A DNA stretch of 35,707 nucleotides from an uncultured virus (IMG/VR IMGVR_UViG_2049941000_000294) (Duplodnaviria > Heunggongvirae > Uroviricota > Caudoviricetes): the IMG/VR virus record IMGVR_UViG_2049941000_000294; one strand, given 5' to 3'. How positions within the stretch are numbered: position 1 is the first letter of the stretch; every line of letters begins with the position of its first letter. Made by a program: the position numbers and the translations under genes. Shown here one piece after another: positions 8,817 through 17,837 of this stretch. Under the pieces are notes generated by a model. It made no database searches. It was not told the origin of the DNA and saw only the letters and a program-made list of their open reading frames with translations.

Positions 8817-10367
8817 CTACTGCAAGGAGGATTCCTCAGGATCGTCACTCGTAACGCTGAAATTCTCAGTCTTGGATACAGAACCAGGTTCTCCAATACC
8901 GAGCTCCTTACGCAACGTAAGTTCAGCAGCATGGCCTTCGGCAACGGTCCTGTAGTCGCCACCATTGATCATGGCGCATGCCATATCCCTGGAAATAAGT
9001 TGTTCGTCAATCTGCATCTTGATGGCTTCGGTTTCTTTTTTCGGGTCAAGAAGGAATGCGGCATCGCCAATCCAAAGACACTGACTCCAAAGCATTCGCT
9101 TTATCGGATCCTCGAAGAATCCCGGAGCGTCAACAAGGCCCAAGAGGACTGCATTCGTAAGCCATTTTTCGTAAACGGGTTTGCAAAAATCCGCAACAAA
9201 GTTCATGCACATTTTCTTGAAAGTCTTTTGGCTTTCGAGAAGTGCCGCACGGACTGCGTTGTAGCTGTTGTTGAACTTTCTGAGGACAACTTCAAAGCTC
9301 ACCCCGCAAGCGGCAGCCGCTTCGGCAAAGATGCTTTCTACAAACGGCTGATAGTTAACGTTCGGACGCTGCGGATTCAAACTCTTGATACTCTGACCCT
9401 GAGCGAGCGACCAGATTGCACCTGGTTTCATTTCGAGAGACGGACGCGTTGGATCCGGAAGCACATTGCCGTAGCTATCCGTTTTTTCGACACGTTCGTT
9501 TTCAGGCACGTTGCCGTACAGTTCTTCGGCTTCTTCGGGCACGTTATTTTCGAGGACCGCCGTAAAGCACGCGCTGATGACGGCGGCCATCAGTTCAGCA
9601 TCCTGATAGCGTTCTTGTTGCTTGAGCTGACAAATCACAGGAGCAAGCAGGGGCACGCCTCGACGCTGGTTCGTGCGATCAGCAGTAAACATGTGGATAA
9701 CGTTCGGATTGCCAAACGCATCATACGCAGGAACCCGGACGGAATCCACGAAATCCGTATAATTGTCAAAGCTCCAGACAGGCTTTTGAGTAAAGTAGTA
9801 GGACACCGGGGCATGATTCCGGTCAACTTCAATGCCTTCCGCAATCGCATCGCAATTCATTTGACCGATGGGATTTTGGCAGCGTTCGCCTTCGAGCAGC
9901 TTTACATTCATGCCGAAAGCTTCATAGCTTTTGTCAAAACATGTCAAAGAGAAGCAATCGCCGCCAAGCAAAGCCGTTTTCAGAGCCAAATCCTGCAACT
10001 GCATGAAGTTGTTCGTCTTTTCGGCATCGCACTTTTTGTCATTCGCCCAAAGGCTAAAAAGAACTTTCGTCTTGTTGGACCACTTTTCGGCATCTTCGCT
10101 CGAAAGTCCAAGCATATCAGGCAACATCAAAGTCGGACGCGCCTTGATCCCAGTACCGACAACATTCGTGTCGAAGCTCGAAATCAGCGCACGCGAAAAA
10201 GTGTTGTTCTGGAAAAGCTGGCGGCTACGACGACGCAAAATGTCAAGGTCCGCAGCGATATCGCGATCGGCAGAACCGTGCGGAGCGTAGAATGCCCGGA
10301 GAGCTTCTGTTACAACCGAAGCTCCCTTCCATGCAATTCCTTGACCGCCAACAAAATTCTTCGCCAT
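8817..10367 (-). CDS. Portal protein, lambda gpB family
   Basis: LRRRSRQL..NN, NVVGTGI, Q.RGVP.LAPV, YNAVRAALLE and DP.KE motifs; start placed at MAKNF. Confidence 0.92.
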   Translation of the reverse strand: MAKNFVGGQGIAWKGASVVTEALRAFYAPHGSADRDIAADLDILRRRSRQLFQNNTFSRALISSFDTNVVGTGIKARPTLMLPDMLGLSSEDAEKWSNKTKVLFSLWANDKKCDAEKTNNFMQLQDLALKTALLGGDCFSLTCFDKSYEAFGMNVKLLEGERCQNPIGQMNCDAIAEGIEVDRNHAPVSYYFTQKPVWSFDNYTDFVDSVRVPAYDAFGNPNVIHMFTADRTNQRRGVPLLAPVICQLKQQERYQDAELMAAVISACFTAVLENNVPEEAEELYGNVPENERVEKTDSYGNVLPDPTRPSLEMKPGAIWSLAQGQSIKSLNPQRPNVNYQPFVESIFAEAAAACGVSFEVVLRKFNNSYNAVRAALLESQKTFKKMCMNFVADFCKPVYEKWLTNAVLLGLVDAPGFFEDPIKRMLWSQCLWIGDAAFLLDPKKETEAIKMQIDEQLISRDMACAMINGGDYRTVAEGHAAELTLRKELGIGEPGSVSKTENFSVTSDDPEESSLQ

Positions 10368-10372
10368 AAGAC

Positions 10373-10597
10373 CTAATGCGGAATAGACGCGACACAGAAC
10401 GCCTTGCCCCGACGCAACCCGCGTGCGGTAGCAAGACGGCCTAACCACAAGTCAAGCTGTTTTTGGCAGTTATCCACAGTCGCCCTGCTCAAAGATCGAC
10501 CGCCAATAGAGTAGCTTTGGGCTTCCAAAGCTTTTGCAAGCGCCTTTCTGGACGCGGCGACCATTTCTTCGCATAGTTCGACAGTGTAAATAGCCAT
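10373..10597 (-). CDS. Head completion protein (gpW-like)
   Basis: AQSYSIGGRSLSRA motif; immediately upstream of portal. Confidence 0.75.
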   Translation of the reverse strand: MAIYTVELCEEMVAASRKALAKALEAQSYSIGGRSLSRATVDNCQKQLDLWLGRLATARGLRRGKAFCVASIPH

Positions 10598-10658
10598 AGC
10601 CACAAAATAGGCTTACGGCACGACGAATAAAACAATTTGTGACCAAGTTTTTTAAAGG

Positions 10659-11354
10659 TCATTTGGCAGTGCGTATAGCCTCATCGAGACGCTTTTTGAA
10701 ATACTTCAACAAATGCCGGTTAGCCGTAACTTCGATGATCCTGTCAAAATCCCAACGCTTTTCGATTTTCGCCTTATCCTTTAGTGCATAAAAAACGGTA
10801 TCTTCATTTCCTTTGTAACGATCTTTTTTCTTCGTCGTTGTTTTAGCTCGTTTCATGATGACAGCCGTCCCGCCAGCATTCTTTTTCAAAATGAACGCGT
10901 GCTTAATCGCGCTGTGGCCTTTTGATTTTTTGAAGTTGCTTTCATTGGCATATTTCAAAAGACCTGTTGCGCGGTCGCGCTCACGAACAGTTCCTTTGGC
11001 AGTATGCTTGACAGTGATATCGTTTTCGATGGGGATCGAAAGCATTTTGTTTTTATTGCCTTCAGGTTCGCGAACGCCACCCGTCGTATGCAGTTTCATA
11101 AAATCGGCTTTGTACGAAACTTCTGCAACAAGATTTTCTTGCGTAGCCTTTTTGATTTGAATAGCCCTTGGAAAGCTCTTGTTGCGAACATGAAAAGTAT
11201 GTTCATAAGCAGCCGTTAAATTTTTCCGCACATCTTTAAACGCAAGGTCATTGATTGCGTTCATAGCGGCGAAACGCACCTGCTTTTCATATCCCTTGAT
11301 CTGTTTTTCTAAAGCCTTGCCAAACTTTTCGAGAGGCACTGTTATAGAACTCAT
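10659..11354 (-). CDS. Basic morphogenesis protein, possibly gpZ-like tail completion
   Basis: KQVRFAAMNAIN...KKAT..NL.AEV...GG.R pattern; coupled to terL. Confidence 0.5.
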   Translation of the reverse strand: MSSITVPLEKFGKALEKQIKGYEKQVRFAAMNAINDLAFKDVRKNLTAAYEHTFHVRNKSFPRAIQIKKATQENLVAEVSYKADFMKLHTTGGVREPEGNKNKMLSIPIENDITVKHTAKGTVRERDRATGLLKYANESNFKKSKGHSAIKHAFILKKNAGGTAVIMKRAKTTTKKKDRYKGNEDTVFYALKDKAKIEKRWDFDRIIEVTANRHLLKYFKKRLDEAIRTAK

Positions 11355-13207
11355 ATATTCACTCCTCCGGATATCATCAATCCGCGTTTTCTGTGGACCG
11401 GGGCGTTCAAATTCCTCAGGAACTTTTTGCCAGCATCGGCAAACTTGTCAACGTCAATGCCCGTTATGTTCAGAGCACCGCGAGCGTAATTGCGTTTGTC
11501 AAGGGCCTCGTTTCGCGGACGCAGTTTCTTATACGCCCACACCTGAGCACCACGCACCCACTTTTTGAATCGTTTTTCAGCAGTGAGCTGAGCGAAGAAT
11601 TCGCTATTGTATTCGTCAGGTTTTGCCGGGAAATGGCAGTAGCCCGGTCCGGGACGCTCAATGGCTATCCAGTCGTAGAATTGGTCTTTGGCGATATCGA
11701 CACCAACGTTCACGATATTAGCGTCATAGACGCTGCTCTTATCGGTCTTTTTAGGTCGAGTAACAAGAGGACGCGCAAGTCCAGCCTTACCTACGCAAGC
11801 GAAGATGTTACGCCGTTCACGCTTCGACGTGTAGCGATAGACATCCGCAGTATGGTGACCGCCAGAGTCAATCAACGCTGCGGCTACATAAAGTTTTTCA
11901 TTCATCGAATTTCCGTAACCTGCCATCAAAACAGAATCAAGAGCCTCCCACACAAAACTTTCGGACGGATTTCCAACAAGAACTCTGTTGGTGATTCCCC
12001 AGTTTTCAAGGCCGCGTCCCCACCCTACAATTTCCACTTCGAGGCGGTCATCCTGAACGTCAACGCCAGCCGTCAACACAACCGCACCGTCCGGAACTTC
12101 AGCCTCGTATTCTTCGCACCGGGTCATGAGTCCGTTCGGATCAATCACCTTGCCACCGTCAAGACTCCAAGCCTCGCCAAGCACGTTGTTCGTGAACGAC
12201 TTCATTTTGTTCACGTCGCCCTTAGCCTTCAAAAAGTCCCAAACGGCGTTCTTCCAGGAATACCACCCCAAAGGCGAATAAAGAGCATTGATATGGAAAC
12301 TCGGGTAATCACCATCCGGGTTTTCCTTGACCCACTGGCCTTGGGCCATCAACTCAGTCTTGTAATGCTCGCCGTATTCCGCATCGCAATGAGGGCACTT
12401 CATGCGCACGGTCTCTGGCAAATTGTGACCATCAGCATCGCAGTCCCACACGACGTTAGCCCATTCCCACTTGTGAAGTTCGCCGCAATGCGGACACGGC
12501 ACTTGGTAATGCCGTTGGTCGCCGCCAAAGAACATCTCCGTGATGCGGCATTCCCCATCAATTCCCGGCGTGCTGTTCCAGAATAATTTTCGGCGTGGGA
12601 AATTCGTGGTTCTCCTACGTCCAAGTTCGCAGGGGTCGCCCTGACCGCCGCAATCTTTCGGCCATTCCGAAATTTCGTCTCCAAGAAAAACCCGGAATGG
12701 TGCAGAACGGAAATGTGACGGGCTGTTGCTCCATCCCGTCACGAGCACGCCGCCCGGAAATTCTTTCAAATACATTTCGTCGCCATAGAAGATGTTCTCC
12801 ATCCCCATTGCGGCAAAAGCCGGGTTCATGCGTTGTTTTAAAAATCTCTTTGCAGTCTGTTCGGTTGTCTGGAATGCACCTATCGGAGACGGACAGTGCT
12901 TGATGTAATACAGAGCCGTATTAATGAGAACCTCAGTTCCACCGATTTGCGAACCCTTCATGAACACCACGTCAGTCGCGGAACTCTGCGGCGACAGCTC
13001 GTCCATGATTTCGACCAAGTACGGAGTCCTTTCATTGCTCCAACGGCCCGGTTCGCTCGATGCAGAACCGGCAAGCACACGGTATTTTTCAGCCCACTGG
13101 CTGATTGTCATTTCCGGCGGAGGTCGAAGACCAGCCAAAAGGTTTTCGGCCACATGCTGAACGTTCGCCTGTAGTCTAGGCGATATGCTTGCAGCGGTCT
13201 CAGCCAT
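11351..13207 (-). CDS. Terminase large subunit, lambda gpA family
   Basis: TPYL.EIMD, KGSQIGGTE (Walker A), FLGDE (Walker B), STP, CPHC x2, AGVDVQDDRLE, IDSGG, RNEALD. Confidence 0.96.
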   Translation of the reverse strand: MAETAASISPRLQANVQHVAENLLAGLRPPPEMTISQWAEKYRVLAGSASSEPGRWSNERTPYLVEIMDELSPQSSATDVVFMKGSQIGGTEVLINTALYYIKHCPSPIGAFQTTEQTAKRFLKQRMNPAFAAMGMENIFYGDEMYLKEFPGGVLVTGWSNSPSHFRSAPFRVFLGDEISEWPKDCGGQGDPCELGRRRTTNFPRRKLFWNSTPGIDGECRITEMFFGGDQRHYQVPCPHCGELHKWEWANVVWDCDADGHNLPETVRMKCPHCDAEYGEHYKTELMAQGQWVKENPDGDYPSFHINALYSPLGWYSWKNAVWDFLKAKGDVNKMKSFTNNVLGEAWSLDGGKVIDPNGLMTRCEEYEAEVPDGAVVLTAGVDVQDDRLEVEIVGWGRGLENWGITNRVLVGNPSESFVWEALDSVLMAGYGNSMNEKLYVAAALIDSGGHHTADVYRYTSKRERRNIFACVGKAGLARPLVTRPKKTDKSSVYDANIVNVGVDIAKDQFYDWIAIERPGPGYCHFPAKPDEYNSEFFAQLTAEKRFKKWVRGAQVWAYKKLRPRNEALDKRNYARGALNITGIDVDKFADAGKKFLRNLNAPVHRKRGLMISGGVNI

Positions 13208-13931
13208 CCAGAATATTTTCCTCCGTCCTTTCGGTCAAGTCCTTGAGTGCGGTCCAGCATGCCTTGCGAATCTTTTCACCGACGAAATGATTAGCGTCTC
13301 CGGTAATCTCGATAATCTTTTCGCCCGGAATTTCAGCCTTTGTCATTAGATCCTTGAAGTAACCGACGATTTCAGGTGCAAGTTGCGAGTAGATGGTCAT
13401 GATCTTGTCTTGGATGTTAGCTCCAAGCTGGTAAGCGACAAGTGCAGCCTTTTGCTTCGGAACGAGGCGGCCTTCCATTTCATCGGCTCGCAGTTTTGCA
13501 AGGCGTGCCATCTGAAACTCCTTTTCAGCCTTGGACGTGGCGAGATCAGCTGCTTCGGCAGACGCTTCGGCAAAGTCAAGCGGGTCTTCGACATCGGTCA
13601 TCCCCTTTACGGATACCCCGAATCCGGGCGACGGCACATCGAACTTTGGCTTATGGGCGACAGCCTGAGCGGTCAAGTTGTCAAAACCGGCTTTCTTTTG
13701 TCCCTGCGTCGGTACGGTGACGTGACGCCGGTCGCGGGTCTTCATGAACTGGTCGAAGCTGTAGATGCGATGGAAACACGGCTTTCCGTCACGGTTTTCA
13801 AAAGTATCGATGCGTCCACGGTTCTTAGCCTTGGAGATGGCGACCTGCGACACTCCGCAGAGCTTTGCAAGTGTAGCAGCGTTGATCAGGTCACGGTCAT
13901 CGTAGTTGTGCTGGGTCAATCGGTAATTCAT
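13200..13931 (-). CDS. Terminase small subunit (Nu1-like)
   Basis: N-terminal HTH (LAKLCGVSQVAISKA) and A.LA.L...E.EG.LV; overlaps terL start. Confidence 0.8.
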   Translation of the reverse strand: MNYRLTQHNYDDRDLINAATLAKLCGVSQVAISKAKNRGRIDTFENRDGKPCFHRIYSFDQFMKTRDRRHVTVPTQGQKKAGFDNLTAQAVAHKPKFDVPSPGFGVSVKGMTDVEDPLDFAEASAEAADLATSKAEKEFQMARLAKLRADEMEGRLVPKQKAALVAYQLGANIQDKIMTIYSQLAPEIVGYFKDLMTKAEIPGEKIIEITGDANHFVGEKIRKACWTALKDLTERTEENILDG

Positions 13932-14039
13932 ACCGACAACTTACCCAAGTTAAAGGTTTTAAGGTTTAGTTTTTGACCAACATTTTACAGGTCCACCCGG
14001 CAGGGGCTGAACCCAAATGAAAAAATCAATCAATAGGCA

Positions 14040-14130
14040 GATTTTGGGGCTCGCAGTTACCCCATTTGGAGGGGTGGGGTCCAGCAACCCTTTTTGGGGT
14101 GGGGCCTACCCTGCCCCACCACCCAGGCAT
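14040..14130 (-). other. Putative cos/packaging initiation region
   Basis: G/C-run-rich noncoding stretch 110-200 bp upstream of terS in a gpA-terminase phage; positional inference only. Confidence 0.4.
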
Positions 14131-14746
14131 GCATAGTTTAAATTTTGATTAAGGTTAAAGTTAATAAACGAAACCCACCACTACAAAACGAAAGTTAAAA
14201 CACGCTCCAAAGCCTTGATTTACAAGGCCTTGCGCCAATCGTGGCGGTTAATTGTTGCGGGTTAATGATTGGTAGGCTCGCGGTTAATTGGGCGTTTCGG
14301 ACGGATTTGCGCAACGGCAGCGCCCCTCCAGCGGGCATCCTGGAGAGCGACTTAACCCCGAACGGCAAGCGTTGCCGCATGTGCGCCCGCCGCCACGCCC
14401 GTGTCCTACCCCATCCGCTCAGGACACGCCAGCTTGCACACAATCGACGCCTGAGGCTCTATCCGCTCACGGGCATGCAAAGACAAGGCCGACCGCTCGC
14501 GACCCTCTAAAGCTATTTATATGCCATCAGGACCGGCACGGTACGCGCAACCGATGGAGGTCACCAGCGGAAACTCCATGCGACAGAGAATCGATGGCGA
14601 ACCTGCACCCACATTGAATCGTTTTTGCCGTGAAAAGAAATGATGCTGTGGATATATGAGTTGAGTAATGAGGGTTATTTACATATTGTGATTGTGCCGT
14701 GTAATTGTGAGTGTGAGTGTGAGTGTATATAGCAGGCTCCAAGCAA

Positions 14747-14839
14747 TGCTACAAGCAGACATTAAGCATTGCTTGACGTGTGCTACAAGCAGACATTAAG
14801 CATTGCTTGACGTGTGCTACAAGCAGACATTAAGCATTG
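14747..14839. repeat. 34-bp tandem repeat, 2.7 perfect copies (iteron-like)
   Basis: tgctacaagcagacattaagcattgcttgacgtg starts at 14747, 14781 and 14815 (partial). Confidence 0.95.
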
Positions 14840-14869
14840 AGAAATAAATTTAAAAAGTGTTGAAATTTT

Positions 14870-14898
14870 AAAAAAATCCCCGGAAAAATCCAGGGAAA
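14870..14898 (-). terminator. Intrinsic terminator of the protease operon
   Basis: Minus strand TCCCTGGA-loop-TCCGGGGA followed by a T run. Confidence 0.7.
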
Positions 14899-14917
14899 GC
14901 AAACAATCAAATAAAAT

Positions 14918-15469
14918 TCAAACTAAGCCCAGACCGCAACAGTTCTTGACCTTTTTGCCGGAGCCGCACGGACACTTGGCATTTCGTCCAATCTTTTTAA
15001 GATCTCTAATTTTTTGATCTTGAGCATCCTTGGCAAAATCAATTTTTGTCTGAGACGGAATCCTAAAGGAAACAACCGTCTTTCCATCCTTGTTGGTAAT
15101 ACAGAAATCCCCACGGTTGATAACATCCATACCAATAATCATATCAAAACCGCTCAGCAATTTGCATCCGGTCAATTTTACATTCGTGATTCCCACGTAT
15201 GTATTCGGCTCGCTGCTGTTAGGAATAGCAATGTCCGCCAGGTAAACATCAGACCAAGATTGTCCTCCGGCATGATTCATCAGAACTCTACTTACGACAG
15301 GGAGACCGAGAGACTTGGCCTTGGAGTCATCTATGGCGCATCCTGAAGCCCCAGTATCCCACAGAGCGAGCAACTTAGGACCGGCACCAGCGCCAACTTT
15401 CGCAACAACGGCATCTGTCAATATACGATTTACACGAGTGTTGAAATCTTTTGTAAAGTTGTGGCTCAT
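14918..15469 (-). CDS. Retropepsin-like aspartic protease with C-terminal SEC-C zinc motif
   Basis: ALWDTGAS catalytic motif, IIGMD, and KIGRNAKCPCGSGKKVKNCCG; ATGA overlap with the upstream gene sets the start at 15469. Confidence 0.85.
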   Translation of the reverse strand: MSHNFTKDFNTRVNRILTDAVVAKVGAGAGPKLLALWDTGASGCAIDDSKAKSLGLPVVSRVLMNHAGGQSWSDVYLADIAIPNSSEPNTYVGITNVKLTGCKLLSGFDMIIGMDVINRGDFCITNKDGKTVVSFRIPSQTKIDFAKDAQDQKIRDLKKIGRNAKCPCGSGKKVKNCCGLGLV

Positions 15470-15723
15470 CCGATCACACCAAGCGTCGATACCGTCATCG
15501 TATATGCATCCATTCCAGGGATGCATGTCTGCAGAGAGAAATTGCCTTCGCCAAACCTGCCGACGCCTTCGGAGTAGGCTTCACCGACAGAATCATAAGC
15601 TCCGACAAGCTCATCGCCATGCAGCAAAAGTTCCTTGCCCTCGTACTTTTCGACGAGTTCCTTTTGATGAGCCTTGAAAAAATCCAGCGCCACCATGTGA
15701 ATGTCGGTCATTGCAATCTCCAT
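15466..15723 (-). CDS. Small DUF5678-like protein
   Basis: F..HQKELVEKYEGK.L...G.E.VG.YDS..EA pattern; coupled to the protease. Confidence 0.65.
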   Translation of the reverse strand: MEIAMTDIHMVALDFFKAHQKELVEKYEGKELLLHGDELVGAYDSVGEAYSEGVGRFGEGNFSLQTCIPGMDAYTMTVSTLGVIG

Positions 15724-15802
15724 TTGTTGATAGCACAAATATACATTTTCAAAGCAAGCCGCGTCAAAACAAAACTCTAATCAATTTGTATTATACGCTT
15801 TT

Positions 15803-15987
15803 TCATCCCTTTTCCGCCACACCGACGGATATGAGCTTCGGCCCCTTCTCCAGCTTTTTTNNNNNNNNNNNNNNNNNNNNNNNNNNNNNNNNNNNNNNNN
15901 NNNNNNNNNNNNNNNNNNNTCGACGAAATCTTCCATTTCCTGGCGTCTGCCCTTGCAGAACGCGACCTCGAATTCTTCTGGTGTCAT
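15803..15987 (-). CDS. Small hypothetical protein downstream of repressor 2 (gapped)
   Basis: SD AAGGAG and ATGA overlap with the repressor stop; interrupted by Ns. Confidence 0.4.
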
Positions 15988-16380
15988 ACATCATCTCCTT
16001 TTGACGCGTCGATTTCAGTCTTGTCGATTTTCGAAAAGATCTTGTTAAGAAAAAAGTTTGCCTTCCGCTCGAAGGCCGCATCTGCGTCTTTTGCCTGCTC
16101 GGTCAGGAGTTGAGCACGCACGATNNNNNNNNNNAGCCGCATCTGCGTCTTTTGCCTGCTCGGTCAGGAGTTGAGCACGCACGATGTCCGCGATTTCCCT
16201 GCCGAACAGTTCCTCCAGCGTCATCCCTATACGGAAAAGCTTCTCTTCCATCTCGTGAGTCGGAAAGCGTTCACCGGAGCTCCACGAATCGATGGTGCCC
16301 TTCTTGATGCCAAGACGCTCTGCAAGCTCCTTGTGGTTCTTGATGCCGACGCGGCTGATAAATCCTTTAATATTGACCAT
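15984..16380 (-). CDS. XRE-family HTH repressor, variant 2
   Basis: HKELAERLGIKKGTIDSWSSGERFP...GMTLEELFG; after collapsing the overlap duplicated across the gap it ends ...ASKGDDV* at 15984. Confidence 0.8.
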
Positions 16381-16446
16381 GACCCAAATATAAACAAAAA
16401 TTCTACAAAAAGTTAAATTTTCTGTAAAAAGTTCGANNNNNNNNNN

Positions 16447-16640
16447 TTTCGTCGCGTGAGCGCGAAAAGAACGTTGTCAGCGCTGATAACAGCGCCATTT
16501 CTGGAATTACCACCGACTCCGCACCCTTTGCTATCGACAAGCCTGCACAANNNNNNNNNNAGGATGCGACAAGGATGGCGTCGTGATAATCAACTGGAAA
16601 GGCCATTGCACCGCCTACTGCAAGGCCGAAGCCGAAAGGA
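16447..16640 (+). repeat. Two short variant copies of parts of gene 18528-19547
   Basis: 16447-16550 matches ~19033-19136 and 16561-16640 matches ~19455-19534 with substitutions; each is bounded by Ns. Confidence 0.9.
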
Positions 16641-16663
16641 NNNNNNNNNNCAACAATATACAC

Positions 16664-16693
16664 AAAAGCCTTCCGGCCTGCAAGCCGAAAGGC
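16664..16693 (-). terminator. Intrinsic terminator after the SLATT-like gene
   Basis: Minus strand GCCTTTCGGC-TTGCAG-GCCGGAAGGC-TTTT. Confidence 0.7.
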
Positions 16694-16738
16694 ACATTTT
16701 TAACTTTAATCGTTAAAAATTGGTTAAAGTGGGTTAAT

Positions 16739-17260
16739 CTACTTGAAGTTGTCGGCGGAGGATCCCCAAGTAAAAAAATTTCTCGTCAAATACTTGTACA
16801 GAGGAATTTTCTTTACTTGATCGCTCTTCCCCATCTGGACACAGGTTTCGTTCCAAGATACCACCAACATGACACTGTATTGGGCACTACATCTTCCATC
16901 AAAATCGTAAAACCTTGAAAGAATGTCGCTCAGTTCGTTTGTCGTCGCAGCCGGACGGATTCGCTTGAATTCAGCAAAAAGCCAACTATACCCGTCATGC
17001 ATCGATTTCCAGAAACCGGCACACCCCTTGACGTTAAGCACAACGTCTATAATCAAGGAAATCGACCCAGCGACGTTTAAAGCCTTGGAGATGTTTTCAT
17101 GACCACCGGAAAAAACGAATCCCGAAAGCCATAAAGAGACGAGAGCGAACACTCCTAGAGCAACGTTCAGCATGTTAAAAAAAGCGAGCCTGCCATCTGC
17201 ATATCCCAAAGCACTTCTGCATCTCGTTTCAAATTCCCATTCAACGTCTGCTTTCGACAT
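16739..17260 (-). CDS. Two-TM membrane protein, SLATT-like
   Basis: N-terminal helix, two hydrophobic segments, then helical D.VL...A......Y..L tail; SD GAGG. Confidence 0.5.
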   Translation of the reverse strand: MSKADVEWEFETRCRSALGYADGRLAFFNMLNVALGVFALVSLWLSGFVFSGGHENISKALNVAGSISLIIDVVLNVKGCAGFWKSMHDGYSWLFAEFKRIRPAATTNELSDILSRFYDFDGRCSAQYSVMLVVSWNETCVQMGKSDQVKKIPLYKYLTRNFFTWGSSADNFK

Positions 17261-17266
17261 AATATA

Positions 17267-17320
17267 CTACCTCTTTATCGGCGGAACCTTAGTTCCAGGC
17301 CCGGCTTGTGTCTTTCCCAT
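17267..17320 (-). CDS. 17-aa peptide MGKTQAGPGTKVPPIKR
   Basis: AAGGAG 7 nt before ATG; TAG 6 nt before the next ATG. Confidence 0.5.
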   Translation of the reverse strand: MGKTQAGPGTKVPPIKR

Positions 17321-17435
17321 TTTTTTTCTCCTTTAAATATAAGATTCAACTTTTAATTTTCAAATACTACGGTAACAAAATAAATTGTGTCTTTTCCGGA
17401 CACGCACCGTGGTTCGCTCGATTATATTTCAAGCC

Positions 17436-17618
17436 ATGGCTACAGAAGAAACTCCAAAACAAAATACCACAGAAGAAGAACCAAATGTCCCGTTCCAGCT
17501 TGGAGCCGTGATTCACGCATTCAGTGAGGAAGACTTCCGAACGCTTGTCAACGAAACCATCAAGGTTCAGCAAGCAAGCCTGAACGTAATGAAAATGATC
17601 GCCAAGGCCGTTTGTTAA
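17436..17618 (+). CDS. Small acidic hypothetical protein
   Basis: MATEETPKQ...; TATATT 7 nt upstream; convergent overlap with 17615-17815. Confidence 0.5.
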   Translation: MATEETPKQNTTEEEPNVPFQLGAVIHAFSEEDFRTLVNETIKVQQASLNVMKMIAKAVC

Positions 17619-17815
17619 AATCCGTCGTGGCCTATAGTCGTCACGAACGTAGCCGAACCACGCTTAGGAAGGGTTCGGCGTTTTATTGTTTTAAGGTATT
17701 GTCCAGTTGCAAGCACAATCTCATTGTAAGACAGCTTTCTGTAAGCAAGGATTGTCAAGACGAAATCGCCCTGCTTTAAAACATTTGCCACATTTGGCGC
17801 TCTGATTTCACTCAT
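17615..17815 (-). CDS. Small hypothetical protein downstream of repressor 1
   Basis: SD GGAGG; 66 aa. Confidence 0.6.
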   Translation of the reverse strand: MSEIRAPNVANVLKQGDFVLTILAYRKLSYNEIVLATGQYLKTIKRRTLPKRGSATFVTTIGHDGF

Positions 17816-17837
17816 TTTCCAATCCCTCCATTTTATT

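Noticed and set aside
2990..12586. Long plus-strand ORFs (632, 344, 707, 534, 397 aa)
   Set aside because: Antisense shadows of the structural genes, with no motifs
14515..14600. Hammerhead ribozyme (CTGATG on the minus strand)
   Set aside because: Sequence is CTGATGG rather than CTGANGA and there is no properly placed GAAA
14747..14839. CRISPR array
   Set aside because: The 34-bp units are directly adjacent with no unique spacers, and there are no cas genes
16075..16185. Tandem duplication inside repressor 2
   Set aside because: Identical ~50 bp on both sides of a 10-N gap is an uncollapsed contig overlap
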